Shown here: one piece after another, positions 19,179 through 29,299 of the stretch
Position numbering within the stretch: the stretch's first letter is position 1
Layout of the letters: every line of letters starts with the position of its first letter
From: Candidatus Enterousia sp.
Lineage (GTDB): Bacteria > Pseudomonadota > Alphaproteobacteria > Rs-D84
Direction: 5' to 3'
Assembly (NCBI GenBank): GCA_045630455.1
Contig: JAZQTD010000048.1
Span: 67,828-131,180 of the forward strand
Length of the DNA stretch: 63,353 bases
Program-made: the position numbers and the translations under genes
Notes under the pieces: model-generated
What the model saw: only the letters and a program-made list of their open reading frames with translations
What the model was told of the DNA's origin: nothing
Database searches by the model: none

Positions 19179-21578
19179 ATGGCAACACTGACACTTGGAA
19201 AATCTGTGACAATTGACGCAGTGCAAAGCAAAAAGGGCGATGCTGTTTTTGTAGAGCGCCGTCGTCGTGTTGTTGCACCAAACAGCAATGAATTGCGTGA
19301 CGAGCCAACAGCACCATCGGCAACACCTAAAAATGCCGCAGATGAAAAGTTGCGTGCAGTTTTGGCCGCGGCTAAGGCTCGCGAAGAAGAACGTAAAGCA
19401 CGCGAAGCAGCAGAGGCAGAAGCCGCTGCAAAACGTGCTGCGGAAATCGAACGCGAAGAACGTGAATATGAACAGGTTCGTGAACAGTTGGCGGCACGTG
19501 AAAACGCGGCCGTCGTGTCAGATGCCGAAGAAGAATCAAAGCAACACGCAAAACAAGCACCTGCCACACCAAAAACATTTACAAATAATGCTGTGGCGGG
19601 TGCGCGTCGTGGTTGCAATCATTCCGAAGACGAAGACACTCGTCCGAACAAGCACTCTAAGAAAGATTTCAAAAAATCTGGCAAGATTTCAATCCACGAT
19701 ATTGTTATGGGTGGTGACGAAGATGATGATGAAATTGGTTTGCGTGGCGCAAATCGCCGCCGGTCCGAGGCTTCATTAAAACGTTTCCGTGAAAAAGCAC
19801 GCGCGGTATTTTCTGCCCCACAAAAGGTTGAACGTGTTGTATCCCTGGGTGATACGATTACCGTCAAAGATTTAGCAAACGCAATGGCTGAAAAGGTCGG
19901 CAACGTTGTAAAAAAATTGATGGAAATGGGTATGATGGTATCTATGAATCAGTCTATTGATGCTGATACCGCTGAATTAATCGCATCTGAATTTGGCGCA
20001 ACGGTTAAGCGTGTCGTGGTTAAACCATACGCCGACCAATTGGAACGCGAACCAAATCCAGAACACTTGTCCCCACGCGCACCGGTTGTGACAGTTGTGG
20101 GTCACGTTGACCACGGAAAAACATCTTTGCTGGACGCATTCCGTAATGCAAATGTTGTTGCCGGCGAAGCTGGTGGTATTACTCAGCATATTTCTTCGTA
20201 CGAGGTTAAGACAAAATCTGGTGCGATGATTACATTCTTGGATACGCCGGGACACGAAACATTTACTGCTATGCGTGCACGTGGTGCGCAAATGGCAGAT
20301 ATCGTAGTACTGGTTGTGGCAGCAAATGATTCTATTATGCCACAGACAATCGAAGCGATTAATCATATTCGTGCAGCGGGCGTTCCATTTATCGTTGCGA
20401 TTAATAAAATCGACCTGCCCCAGGCAAATGCACAACGCGTTAAAATGGACTTGTTACAACAGGAAGTTCAGGTCGAAGAAATGGGTGGCGATGTTCAATG
20501 TGTTGAAATTTCTGCAACGAAAAAAATCGGTCTGGATAAATTGGAAGAGGCTATTTTATTACAGGCTGAAATGATGGAATTAAAAGCGGATGCTCAAATG
20601 CCAGCCGTCGCATACGTTGTCGAAGCAAAAATGGAAAAAGGATTGGGTGCGGTCGCAACTGTATTAATGCGCCATGGTACATTGAAAATCGGCGACGTTT
20701 TCGTTGCTGGTGAAACTTTTGGTCGTGTTCGTGGCTTGATTGGCTCAGACGGGTCACGCGTTAAATCTGTACGCCCTGGACAGCCAACGGTTGTATTAGG
20801 ATTAAATTCTGTTCCAAATGCAGGTGATGAATTGCGCGTTATGGAAACCGAAGCGCAAACACGTGAAGTTGCTGCATACCGCATACAACAGGCAAAAGAC
20901 AAGGCAAATGCAGTCAAGCGTTCTTCTTTGGAAGAATTGTTTGCAAAACGTGACGAATCTAAGAAACTTATCCTGCCAATTATTTTGCGTGCGGACGTTC
21001 AAGGTTCTGTCGAGGCGATTGCAGATATGCTAAAAGATATTAACACAGACAAAGTTGGTGTTGACATCTTGTCTTCTGGTGTTGGTCAGATTACAGAAGG
21101 CGACGTTCGTTTGGCAACTGCATCAGGTGCGGTTGTGATTGCGTTTAATGTTCGTGCAGATTCTGTTGTTCGTGACATGGCACGCAATAACAACGTTGAT
21201 ATTCGCTATCACAGTGTTGTTTACCGTATCACAGATGAAATCAAAGAAATCTTGTCTGGGAAATTGGCGCCAGAACGCAAAGAAAACTTTATCGGATACG
21301 CAGACGTTATTGCACTGTTTACCGTTGGCAAGGGTACGCGTGTTGCCGGTTGCCGTATGAGTGAAGGCACAATCAAAAAAGACGCTTTTGTTCGTTTGCT
21401 GCGCAACAATGTTGTTATCTATGATGGCAAGATTGGCGAACTACGCCGTGAAAAGAACGAAGTAAAAGAAGTATCAGGTGGTGTTGAATTCGGTATGTCT
21501 TTTGATAAGTATAATGACTTGAAAGAAGGCGATCGCGTCGAATGTTACGAAGTTGAAGAAGTTCGCGCCAAGATTTAA
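19179..21578 (+). CDS. infB: Translation initiation factor IF-2
   Basis: [33 protein letters not shown]. Confidence 0.98.
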   Translation: MATLTLGKSVTIDAVQSKKGDAVFVERRRRVVAPNSNELRDEPTAPSATPKNAADEKLRAVLAAAKAREEERKAREAAEAEAAAKRAAEIEREEREYEQVREQLAARENAAVVSDAEEESKQHAKQAPATPKTFTNNAVAGARRGCNHSEDEDTRPNKHSKKDFKKSGKISIHDIVMGGDEDDDEIGLRGANRRRSEASLKRFREKARAVFSAPQKVERVVSLGDTITVKDLANAMAEKVGNVVKKLMEMGMMVSMNQSIDADTAELIASEFGATVKRVVVKPYADQLEREPNPEHLSPRAPVVTVVGHVDHGKTSLLDAFRNANVVAGEAGGITQHISSYEVKTKSGAMITFLDTPGHETFTAMRARGAQMADIVVLVVAANDSIMPQTIEAINHIRAAGVPFIVAINKIDLPQANAQRVKMDLLQQEVQVEEMGGDVQCVEISATKKIGLDKLEEAILLQAEMMELKADAQMPAVAYVVEAKMEKGLGAVATVLMRHGTLKIGDVFVAGETFGRVRGLIGSDGSRVKSVRPGQPTVVLGLNSVPNAGDELRVMETEAQTREVAAYRIQQAKDKANAVKRSSLEELFAKRDESKKLILPIILRADVQGSVEAIADMLKDINTDKVGVDILSSGVGQITEGDVRLATASGAVVIAFNVRADSVVRDMARNNNVDIRYHSVVYRITDEIKEILSGKLAPERKENFIGYADVIALFTVGKGTRVAGCRMSEGTIKKDAFVRLLRNNVVIYDGKIGELRREKNEVKEVSGGVEFGMSFDKYNDLKEGDRVECYEVEEVRAKI

Positions 21579-21583
21579 GTAAT

Positions 21584-21611
21584 AAAAAAACCGCCAATTG
21601 GCGGTTTTTTT
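21584..21611. terminator. Bidirectional intrinsic terminator
   Basis: AAAAAAACCGCCAATTGGCGGTTTTTTT. Confidence 0.8.
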
Positions 21612-22935
21612 ATTTAGTTCTTTGAATCTGTCCACAGGTCAACCACCATAATTGTTGCAGAAAACCAGTGTTTTGACCGATTTTACGTTTCTGGTCTTGG
21701 TCGCCGTTGATGAAAAACACTTTTGGCATTAAATCACGTGCGGGCTTGATAATCTGTTTTGGTGTACCGTTAATCTCATCAATAGTTTCTCGGATACTTT
21801 TGCGAACATTTTTAAGATTTTGTTTTTGTGTAACACCCGAACATATATCCTCTATTTCGTGTTGGATTTGGTGTTTTATTTTTTTTGATGGTTTGATAAC
21901 TGCATCTGGATTGGATGTCTGCACCGAAGTTATTTTTACGGGCTGTAAATCGACCAATGCCGCCATTTGACGGTGCAAAGATATTGTTTCTTCGCGTGTT
22001 TCTGCAATTGCCTGGGGCAGGGTATAGTGGATTAATTTATCTAAACGTTGTTCTAATTCTTGGTGTTTTGGATTAATTTGCGTATTTGTTTCTAATCCAA
22101 ATTTTTTCCCTGGTACAACGGCTTTGCTTGCTAAATGGTTACGATATGTTTTTCGCAGGTGTTGTAATCTTGATAATTTTAGTTCCAACATTATGCGACG
22201 AAAAGCCCACCATACTGTTTCATTTGCAATTCTGTGCATACGTTCGCTAAGGTATTTTGGTGGCACCTGTCCTGCATCCATAGTGCCCTGAACCAATATA
22301 GCATTTTTAGTTAAAAAGGGCTTTGTTGGGGCGTGTTTGAATGCAAAAGGTGGTAGCATACCAAAATCCAAGGCGCGAATGTTTTTTATTATTTGCATAT
22401 ATTGAGTGTGTTTTTCCTGTGACACACCGTATGGTTTTTCGTACTGAAAAAACTTAATCCGTTCATAAAGATTCTCGTCTGGTCCGGCTATTTTTCCATT
22501 CAACAATTCACCATAAAGACCGAAAATCAAATCAAAAGAAATATCGGATACAAACGCGCCACGTGGTGACTGGTTTCCCATAATTTGTTCAGATTTTAAT
22601 GCGATACGATTGTCGTTGCCAACGGTTACAAATTTATAACCGCGTGGTGCATATTGATTCATACGTGCCAATATAAAGCGCGCATCAAATATATCCATCT
22701 GCTTTTTTATTTCTTTTTGTGCTTCTGCTTTTTGCTCTTTTGTGCGTTCACCGGCGGTACGTTTGGCATCGCGCTTAGCATTATGCATAGGATCGCGAGA
22801 TTGTGTTGGCTTTTCTACATACGTCATACGATATACGTACTTTTTACCTTCTTTAAAGCGCTTGCGCAACATCATCCCGCCAATAGCAGTTTGTGTAACT
22901 GTATTTTCTATTTTATTTTCAATTTGTTCAGCCAT
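21610..22935 (-). CDS. Hypothetical basic (K/Q/R-rich) protein
   Basis: 441-aa ORF with an AAGG RBS; no motif recognised. Confidence 0.7.
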   Translation of the reverse strand: MAEQIENKIENTVTQTAIGGMMLRKRFKEGKKYVYRMTYVEKPTQSRDPMHNAKRDAKRTAGERTKEQKAEAQKEIKKQMDIFDARFILARMNQYAPRGYKFVTVGNDNRIALKSEQIMGNQSPRGAFVSDISFDLIFGLYGELLNGKIAGPDENLYERIKFFQYEKPYGVSQEKHTQYMQIIKNIRALDFGMLPPFAFKHAPTKPFLTKNAILVQGTMDAGQVPPKYLSERMHRIANETVWWAFRRIMLELKLSRLQHLRKTYRNHLASKAVVPGKKFGLETNTQINPKHQELEQRLDKLIHYTLPQAIAETREETISLHRQMAALVDLQPVKITSVQTSNPDAVIKPSKKIKHQIQHEIEDICSGVTQKQNLKNVRKSIRETIDEINGTPKQIIKPARDLMPKVFFINGDQDQKRKIGQNTGFLQQLWWLTCGQIQRTK

Positions 22936-22970
22936 AAATAAATACCTTAACTAATTTCGCACTAGATTAA

Positions 22971-22990
22971 AAAATCCGCATTACGCGGAT
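22971..22990 (-). terminator. Terminator after tRNA-Val
   Basis: ATCCGC-GTAAT-GCGGAT-TTTTT on the minus strand. Confidence 0.6.
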
Positions 22991-22996
22991 AGAAAC

Positions 22997-23073
22997 TGGT
23001 GGGTGTTGAGGGACTCAAACCCCCGACCCTCTCGGTGTAAACGAGATGCTCTAATCAACTGAGCTAAACACCC
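22997..23073 (-). tRNA. tRNA-Val(TAC)
   Basis: GGGTGTTTAGCTCAGTTGATTAGAGCATCTCGTTTACACCGAGAGGGTCGGGGGTTTGAGTCCCTCAACACCCACCA; cloverleaf with TAC anticodon and encoded CCA. Confidence 0.95.
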
Positions 23074-23190
23074 AAAGCCCAGCAATATTAACTTAAAAAT
23101 ACCGATTCGTCAAATATTTTTTATATTTCGTAAAATCTCAGGTAAATATTATTATTTGCAAACCGCTAAATATGCTTTATAATTCCGTGA

Positions 23191-23256
23191 GCGAAGATGG
23201 AATTGTTCCTTTTTATGCTTATGTGCAGAGTATAAAAAAGAATGATTTGTCTTCGC
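23191..23256 (+). promoter_or_regulatory. Long stem-loop in the pnp 5' leader (putative RNase III site)
   Basis: GCGAAGA/TCTTCGC, AATTGTTC/GAATGATT and TTTTATGCT/AGTATAAAA pair; lies just after TTGCAA-16 nt-TATAAT. Confidence 0.55.
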
Positions 23257-23296
23257 AGGTAACAAGAAGAAACAAATATAAAAAATGGAGTAAAAA

Positions 23297-25459
23297 ATGG
23301 TATTTGGTTTATTCAAAAAAGATGCCAAATTAAACAATCCAATCGCGGTTGAAATCCCATACGGTGACGCGACACTGCGCTTGGAAACGGGTCGTATGGC
23401 GAAACAGGCAAACGGTTCTGTATTGGCGACAATGGGTGGCACAATGGTGCTGGCAACAGTATGCGCGGAAAAATCCGCAGTCGAAGGGCAAGACTTCTTT
23501 CCTTTGACCGTTGATTATCAAGAAAAGTTTGCGTCCGCTGGTCGTATTCCGGGCTCTCGTGATAGACGCGAAGGCAAAGCATCAACAAGCGAAACATTAA
23601 CTGCACGTTTGATTGACCGTCCAATTCGTCCATTGTTCCCTGAAACATTCAAGAACAAAGTTCAAATCATTGCCCAGGTATTTTCTTATGACAAAGTGAA
23701 CCAACCTGACATTTTGGCTATGATTGCGTCATCTGCGGCGCTGGCATTAAGCGGTGTTCCATTCCAAGGGCCAATTGGTGCGGCACGCGTTGGCTATGCA
23801 GACGGCAAATATATCTTGAACCCATCACGCAAAGCGACCGAAGAATCTGAAATGGATTTGGTTGTTGCTGCGACAAAAGATGGTGTTTTGATGGTTGAAT
23901 CTGAAATTGGCGAATTGGACGAACCAACTGTGTTGGGTGCGGTTAAATTCGGTTTCGATGCACAACAGACTGTTATCAACGCAATCAATGAATTGGCAGA
24001 AAAAGCAGGCAAAGAACGTTGGGCAACACCTGAAAAAACCGAAGAACAATTGACAATGGAATCAAACTTTGAATCATTTGCACCTGCAATCGAAGAAGCA
24101 TTGCAAATCAAAGAAAAATTGGTTCGCTTGGAAACATTGGCGGATATTAACGCCCAGGCAAAAGCGCGTATTCCAGAATTGTTCCCAGAATCCGTACGTG
24201 CGACATCTACGCTGGAATCGTGGGCAGACGAAGTTATCGAAAACCTGACCGCACGCATTATGCGTGGCAATATCTTGGCTGGTAAGCCACGTATTGACGG
24301 TCGTGATAACAAGACTGTTCGTCCGATTGAAATCGAATTGGGAGTATTACCACGCGCACACGGTTCTGCACTGTTTACACGTGGAGAAACGCAAGCCTTG
24401 GTGTCGTTGACGCTGGGTGGTGGCAAAGATGCACTGCCAATTGAATCTTTGGACGGTGCCGAAGAACGCGACTTTATCTTGAACTATAATTTCCCTGGCT
24501 ATTCTGTTGGCGAATGCAAAGGCTTAAAAGCCCCAGGTCGTCGTGAAATTGGGCACGGTAATTTGGCGTGGCGTGCGGTTCATCCAATGGTACCAACACG
24601 TGCCGAATTTGATTATGTAATTCGCGTTGTATCTGATATTTTGGAATCCAACGGTTCATCATCAATGGCGACAACATGTGGTGCGACATTGGCAATGATG
24701 GACGGTGGTGTTCCGATGAAACGTCCAGTGGCCGGTATCGCAATGGGTCTGATTAAAGAAGGCGATGATTACGCAATTCTGACAGATATCTTGGGTGACG
24801 AAGATCACTTGGGCGATATGGACTTTAAGGTAACTGGTACAGATCATGGTATCACAGCATTACAGATGGATATTAAAATCACATCTATTACGTTCGAAAT
24901 TATGGAACGTGCGTTGGCTCAGGCAAAAGATGGCCGCATGCATATCTTAGGCAAGATTGAAAAAGCAATCAAAAAGCCACGCAGCACCGTATCTGAATAC
25001 GCTCCTCAGGCATATACAATGAAAATCAACCCAGACAAGGTTCGTGAAGTAATTGGTAAGGGTGGTTCTGTTATCCAAGCATTGGTACGTGAAACAAACA
25101 CGATTATCGATTTGGAAGATGACGGTACAGTAAAAATCATGGCAACGACCAAAGAAGAGGCTGATGATGCAATCCGTCGCATCAAAGATATCGTTGCAGA
25201 ACCAGAAGTAGGTCAGATTTACAAAGGGACCGTATCTGGGATGAAAGATTTCGGTCTGTTTGTAAAAATTATGAACGGGTTCGAAGCAATGGTTCATATT
25301 TCTGAAATCACAGGTGAACGTATCGCAAAAATCGAAGATACAAAAATCAAAGAAGGCGATACAGTTTATGTTCGTTTCTTAGGTGCTGACAAACGTGGCA
25401 AAACACGTATGTCTATGGTTGGCATCGACCAGAAAACAGGTGAAGAAATTAAGAAATAA
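23297..25459 (+). CDS. pnp: Polyribonucleotide nucleotidyltransferase (PNPase)
   Basis: FFPLTVDYQE, RREIGHG, ESNGSSSMA, DHLGDMDFKV, KH and S1 domains. Confidence 0.98.
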   Translation: MVFGLFKKDAKLNNPIAVEIPYGDATLRLETGRMAKQANGSVLATMGGTMVLATVCAEKSAVEGQDFFPLTVDYQEKFASAGRIPGSRDRREGKASTSETLTARLIDRPIRPLFPETFKNKVQIIAQVFSYDKVNQPDILAMIASSAALALSGVPFQGPIGAARVGYADGKYILNPSRKATEESEMDLVVAATKDGVLMVESEIGELDEPTVLGAVKFGFDAQQTVINAINELAEKAGKERWATPEKTEEQLTMESNFESFAPAIEEALQIKEKLVRLETLADINAQAKARIPELFPESVRATSTLESWADEVIENLTARIMRGNILAGKPRIDGRDNKTVRPIEIELGVLPRAHGSALFTRGETQALVSLTLGGGKDALPIESLDGAEERDFILNYNFPGYSVGECKGLKAPGRREIGHGNLAWRAVHPMVPTRAEFDYVIRVVSDILESNGSSSMATTCGATLAMMDGGVPMKRPVAGIAMGLIKEGDDYAILTDILGDEDHLGDMDFKVTGTDHGITALQMDIKITSITFEIMERALAQAKDGRMHILGKIEKAIKKPRSTVSEYAPQAYTMKINPDKVREVIGKGGSVIQALVRETNTIIDLEDDGTVKIMATTKEEADDAIRRIKDIVAEPEVGQIYKGTVSGMKDFGLFVKIMNGFEAMVHISEITGERIAKIEDTKIKEGDTVYVRFLGADKRGKTRMSMVGIDQKTGEEIKK

Positions 25460-25468
25460 AGTTGATTT

Positions 25469-25828
25469 ATGAGACCAGAACAACTGAAATGGACAGACAA
25501 AGAATGGGCATTACATCTGGAATGTGATGCCCAACGCGTCCCAGAAATAAGAAACATTATAACAAAAAAATATATTCCAGGCATTGCCCAGCATTCTAAA
25601 ACGGGCAAGTATATGTTTTATATGTCAAAAATGGATATCGCGCCAAGTGGTGCTGAACGTGTTTTATCTGTTGTTTCTTCGGACAAAGAATTTGAGTTTG
25701 AAGACAAGGCGATAAAATATGCTAATGAAGAAATTTTGCCACGTTTGGAACTTAAGTCTTTTCACGCAGAAATGCTTGGTGTTCCAACACGTGCATTGCA
25801 AATGTTGCACATTGGAAAACAAAAATAG
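25469..25828 (+). CDS. Hypothetical protein
   Basis: 119-aa ORF filling the gap between pnp and the YbaB gene on the same strand. Confidence 0.65.
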   Translation: MRPEQLKWTDKEWALHLECDAQRVPEIRNIITKKYIPGIAQHSKTGKYMFYMSKMDIAPSGAERVLSVVSSDKEFEFEDKAIKYANEEILPRLELKSFHAEMLGVPTRALQMLHIGKQK

Positions 25829-25845
25829 AGCAGGGGAGATAAACA

Positions 25846-26145
25846 ATGGATATGGAATCTTTAATGGCACAGGCCGCAGAACTGCAGAACAAAGTGGCGG
25901 CTGCGCAAGACAAATTGGCAAAAACCGTGGTCAAAGGTATCGCGGAAAATGGTGCGTGCATTGTTGATATGACTGGCAAATATGATTTGGTTAAGTTAAC
26001 AATCAAACCAGAATTGTTGGCACATGGTGCAGAAGTTGTCACAAATGTTATATCTGCGGCATATCGTGACGCGAAACAAAAGGCTGATGACCTGATTGAT
26101 CAGGTTATGGGTGCAGCCACCGATGGTGTCAATTTACCAATGTAA
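25846..26145 (+). CDS. ybaB: YbaB/EbfC nucleoid-associated protein
   Basis: LMAQAAELQ..V..AQ..L...V.G.A.NG...V.M.G; ISAAYRDA. Confidence 0.85.
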   Translation: MDMESLMAQAAELQNKVAAAQDKLAKTVVKGIAENGACIVDMTGKYDLVKLTIKPELLAHGAEVVTNVISAAYRDAKQKADDLIDQVMGAATDGVNLPM

Positions 26146-26168
26146 AAATCCGCCAATGGCGGATTTTT
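26144..26168. terminator. Bidirectional intrinsic terminator
   Basis: AAAAATCCGCCAATGGCGGATTTTT. Confidence 0.75.
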
Positions 26169-27489
26169 ATTTTCCCAGACACAGTTGTCCAAATGTCATA
26201 TCCAGAATCTCGTTAGCGGTAATCATCCCAAGAATCTTGCCAATGTTGTCAGCGGCGCGGCGTGTATGCTCTGCAAAAATATCATAGTTGTCACCAGATG
26301 CAATCGCACCTTCTAATTCCGCATAAGCATTTTCTAACAATGCCTTGGTACGTGCATTAATCGATAAATCTGATTCGCGTCCATCAAACATATCGTGAAT
26401 TTTTTTACGCAGCGCATCCATTAACTTATCCATACCATCGCCGGTATGTGCGGAAACACACATACAAAGTTCAGAGTTCAAAGTGCAAAGTTCAGATTCG
26501 GATAATGTATCTGATTTATTTATAATGATTATTTCATTACCCCCCCTGGCACTATCGTGCCACCCCACAAATGTGGGGGAATACACACGAACAACAATGT
26601 CTGCGTTTTCAATTTCGTTTTTTGTGCGCTCGATACCGATTGATTCAATTAGATCGTCTGTTTCACGAATACCCGCCGTATCAGACAGATTTACCATATA
26701 CCCATCAATATCAATTGTTGCCGACACTACGTCACGGGTCGTTCCTGCGATATCAGATACAATTGCGCGATTTGACCCAACCAGATAATTAAATATTGAT
26801 GATTTTCCAACATTTGTTTCACCAACCAGCGCAACGTTTACACCGCCACGAATTGCGCGTGCCCTGTGATATCCACGTAACGCCGCACCGATTTCATCAT
26901 ACAGTTTTTTTGTGCGCATCAATATCGTTTCGCCAATGTTCGCCGGCAGGTCATCTGGGCTATAATCCAGCATAGCCGCCGCAAAGGCAGAAATTTCAAC
27001 CATAGATTTACGCCAAGTATTGTAAATCTCACTGTCGCGTCCCAGCATAGATTGTAGTGCATGTTTGCGTTGTTTTTCTGTCTGGGCATCTAACAATGCT
27101 GCCAAACCATCAACGTCCGCCAAATCCATTTTGTTGTTATAGAATGCACGTCTTGAAAATTCGCCAGGGGTTGCTATACGCATACCCAAAGACGACAAAA
27201 ATTCAAACACTGCATTAATAACCGCCGGCGCACCATGTGTGTGTAATTCAATAACATCTTGGCCGGTGAAACTGTGTGGTGTGGGGAAATATATCGCCAA
27301 ACACTGGTCAATTAATTCGCCCGCGTTATCGCACAGGTTTGTAAAATATGCGTGGCGTGGTCTAATGTCCGTTTTATTCACAAATCGTGCAAATATATCC
27401 CCCAGGTTTTCGCCCGATATGCGTATAACCGCAACACCAGATTTCCCATGCCCACTTGATAATGCAAAAATAGTGTCGTTATTATTCAT
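26167..27489 (-). CDS. mnmE: tRNA modification GTPase MnmE (TrmE)
   Basis: DTIFALSSG..GVAVIRISG, PGEFSRRAF, GETNVGKSS, GTTRD, DTAG, NKSD, C-terminal LCLGK. Confidence 0.96.
   Translation of the reverse strand: MNNNDTIFALSSGHGKSGVAVIRISGENLGDIFARFVNKTDIRPRHAYFTNLCDNAGELIDQCLAIYFPTPHSFTGQDVIELHTHGAPAVINAVFEFLSSLGMRIATPGEFSRRAFYNNKMDLADVDGLAALLDAQTEKQRKHALQSMLGRDSEIYNTWRKSMVEISAFAAAMLDYSPDDLPANIGETILMRTKKLYDEIGAALRGYHRARAIRGGVNVALVGETNVGKSSIFNYLVGSNRAIVSDIAGTTRDVVSATIDIDGYMVNLSDTAGIRETDDLIESIGIERTKNEIENADIVVRVYSPTFVGWHDSARGGNEIIIINKSDTLSESELCTLNSELCMCVSAHTGDGMDKLMDALRKKIHDMFDGRESDLSINARTKALLENAYAELEGAIASGDNYDIFAEHTRRAADNIGKILGMITANEILDMTFGQLCLGK
26466..26500. repeat. Degenerate heptamer tandem repeat inside mnmE
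   Basis: AAAGTTC-AGAGTTC-AAAGTGC-AAAGTTC-AGATTCG, encoding ESELCTLNSELC. Confidence 0.6.
26539..26582. repeat. REP-like double-hairpin element inside mnmE
   Basis: C-run, then TGGCAC-TATC-GTGCCA and CCCCAC-AAAT-GTGGGG. Confidence 0.5.
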
Positions 27490-28654
27490 GTTGTGATACC
27501 TGTTGTTTTATCAAATCCATTTCCATTTTACGAGCAATTTGGGATACCCGTTCGACGATGCCAGTGGGGTTGATAATTTTGCCACCCATTGGATGTTCTG
27601 TTGCTGTCTGTTTCATAATATCAGTTAGTTCATCCTGCCAATTTTGACGGGTGCAGAATATAGTGTTGCCTTGCAGTGCGCACGCAAATACACCGGCCAG
27701 GTATGGGAAAGTGGAACTGGAACCTCCTAGTCTGGTGTAATAATAACCACCTTGCCAAAATGGGGTTGTTTTTCCATTTGTTGGAATTCCAACTTTTGCT
27801 GGATCCAGTGAGGGATACCTTTTGTCAATTGGTGTGGTTGCCGTTGGTTTATATGCGCCACCGATAATCATTATTCCATTGCGTTCACATTCTTCAAAAA
27901 TCTGTCTGCATTCGGGTTCGTATAAATCGTCTTTGGATCCCCAGCTACATGAAATAAATCGTATCTTGTTGGTTTCTGGTAATGTTTTATTTATTTCCAG
28001 AATTCGTTTTAATGCATTTATTTTGTATTTTCTGGACAATGTACGTTTGCCGTCTTTTGTAATTTCTGATGCAGATGCAGAAAAGTAGTATAGATTTGCA
28101 TCAGGGGCGGTACCAGTTGTTTTGCCAACTGCACAACCTGCGACCAAACTGCCATGATAATCGGTGCCATTGGCGGGAATATGAGAGTTTATATGTTCAT
28201 AATGTTTTATTCGGTCCGCATATTCGGGGTGGTCGCGATAAAGACGTTGGTCGATTATTGCAATGCCAATACCCGCACCCGTTTTTCCCATGTTATGAAC
28301 ATTGTGCATTTCAACAGGGTATTTCGCAGCTTCTAGGATTTGTTTTGGATCAAACCCATTTGGTATTTTGTCTGACTGGGGCCATATGACATCGTCGGTC
28401 CAGTTAAGGATAATTTTATTTTTGATGGCTTCTGATGTGGGCATATAGTTATCGTATAATTCACCAACAAGCATATCATGATAGTCTGATAAATCCAGTT
28501 CAGATAAATCGACATGGTGAACTTTGCGCACGTGTGGACCGTTTTGATTTGGTAAATCAAGCAATTCATCAATTGTTTTTATTTTTTTGCGTGTGCCAAA
28601 TTTTTTAATGAATTTATCGCGCGCATCCATGAATTTGTTTTTTAGGTGTGCCAT
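27482..28654 (-). CDS. S8 (subtilisin-like) serine peptidase
   Basis: Triad motifs GIAIID, YHGSLVAG, GTAPDA and GGSSSTFPYLAG; no signal peptide. Confidence 0.85.
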   Translation of the reverse strand: MAHLKNKFMDARDKFIKKFGTRKKIKTIDELLDLPNQNGPHVRKVHHVDLSELDLSDYHDMLVGELYDNYMPTSEAIKNKIILNWTDDVIWPQSDKIPNGFDPKQILEAAKYPVEMHNVHNMGKTGAGIGIAIIDQRLYRDHPEYADRIKHYEHINSHIPANGTDYHGSLVAGCAVGKTTGTAPDANLYYFSASASEITKDGKRTLSRKYKINALKRILEINKTLPETNKIRFISCSWGSKDDLYEPECRQIFEECERNGIMIIGGAYKPTATTPIDKRYPSLDPAKVGIPTNGKTTPFWQGGYYYTRLGGSSSTFPYLAGVFACALQGNTIFCTRQNWQDELTDIMKQTATEHPMGGKIINPTGIVERVSQIARKMEMDLIKQQVSQHE

Positions 28655-28657
28655 TTA

Positions 28658-29248
28658 TCATTTCCCTTTGCTAATTTCTTTTAACGCCATCGGAACCAAG
28701 GCGGATACATCCGCAGATGGATTTTTCGCAACCAGCGTTTGTGCCATTTCCAAGATATCCAACCGGCGATAGCCCAGTGCCTCAAGCGCCATTAACAAAT
28801 CAGGCAACGCAGAACCCGCCCTAGTCGCCGCTGTATCCGACGCAAACAATGTAGCTGACACACCACCGATTTTGTTCTTTAATTCAACGATAATCTTTTC
28901 GGCGACTTTTTTACCGACCCCCGGCGCAGTCGCAATTGTTTTTGCATCACCTGTTGCAATTGCAGACATCAATGTATCACTGCTAATTGTGCCCAGTATT
29001 GCCATTGCAACCTTGGGGCCGACCCCCGATACACCTGTCAACATATTAAATAAATTCTGGGCATTCAGGGTTGTAAATCCGAATAAACGAATTGAATCTT
29101 CACGTACAACCGTTTCAATCCACAGTTCTACCGTGGATTTATGAGTCAGGTATTCAGCCGTATAAACCTTGTACCCAACGCCGTGAACCAATAAAATTAC
29201 ATATCCATCACCGATATAGTCAACTATGCCTTGCAATTTGCCAATCAT
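28658..29248 (-). CDS. ruvA: Holliday junction branch migration protein RuvA
   Basis: MIGKLQG, GVGY, VREDSIRLFGF, VSGVGPK, PGVGKKVAEKIIVELK. Confidence 0.96.
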   Translation of the reverse strand: MIGKLQGIVDYIGDGYVILLVHGVGYKVYTAEYLTHKSTVELWIETVVREDSIRLFGFTTLNAQNLFNMLTGVSGVGPKVAMAILGTISSDTLMSAIATGDAKTIATAPGVGKKVAEKIIVELKNKIGGVSATLFASDTAATRAGSALPDLLMALEALGYRRLDILEMAQTLVAKNPSADVSALVPMALKEISKGK

Positions 29249-29299
29249 CTGTTATCCTTTTGGGGTAATTTTAATCTAATTAAATCAAAAGGTCAAATT

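Noticed and set aside
21610-23073. Integrated element at tRNA-Val
   Set aside because: No integrase and no duplicated tRNA 3' end were seen.
26440-26453. Extra copy of the CCGG palindrome in mnmE (GCCGGTATGTGCGG)
   Set aside because: The centre differs and the right arm is incomplete, so it was not counted.
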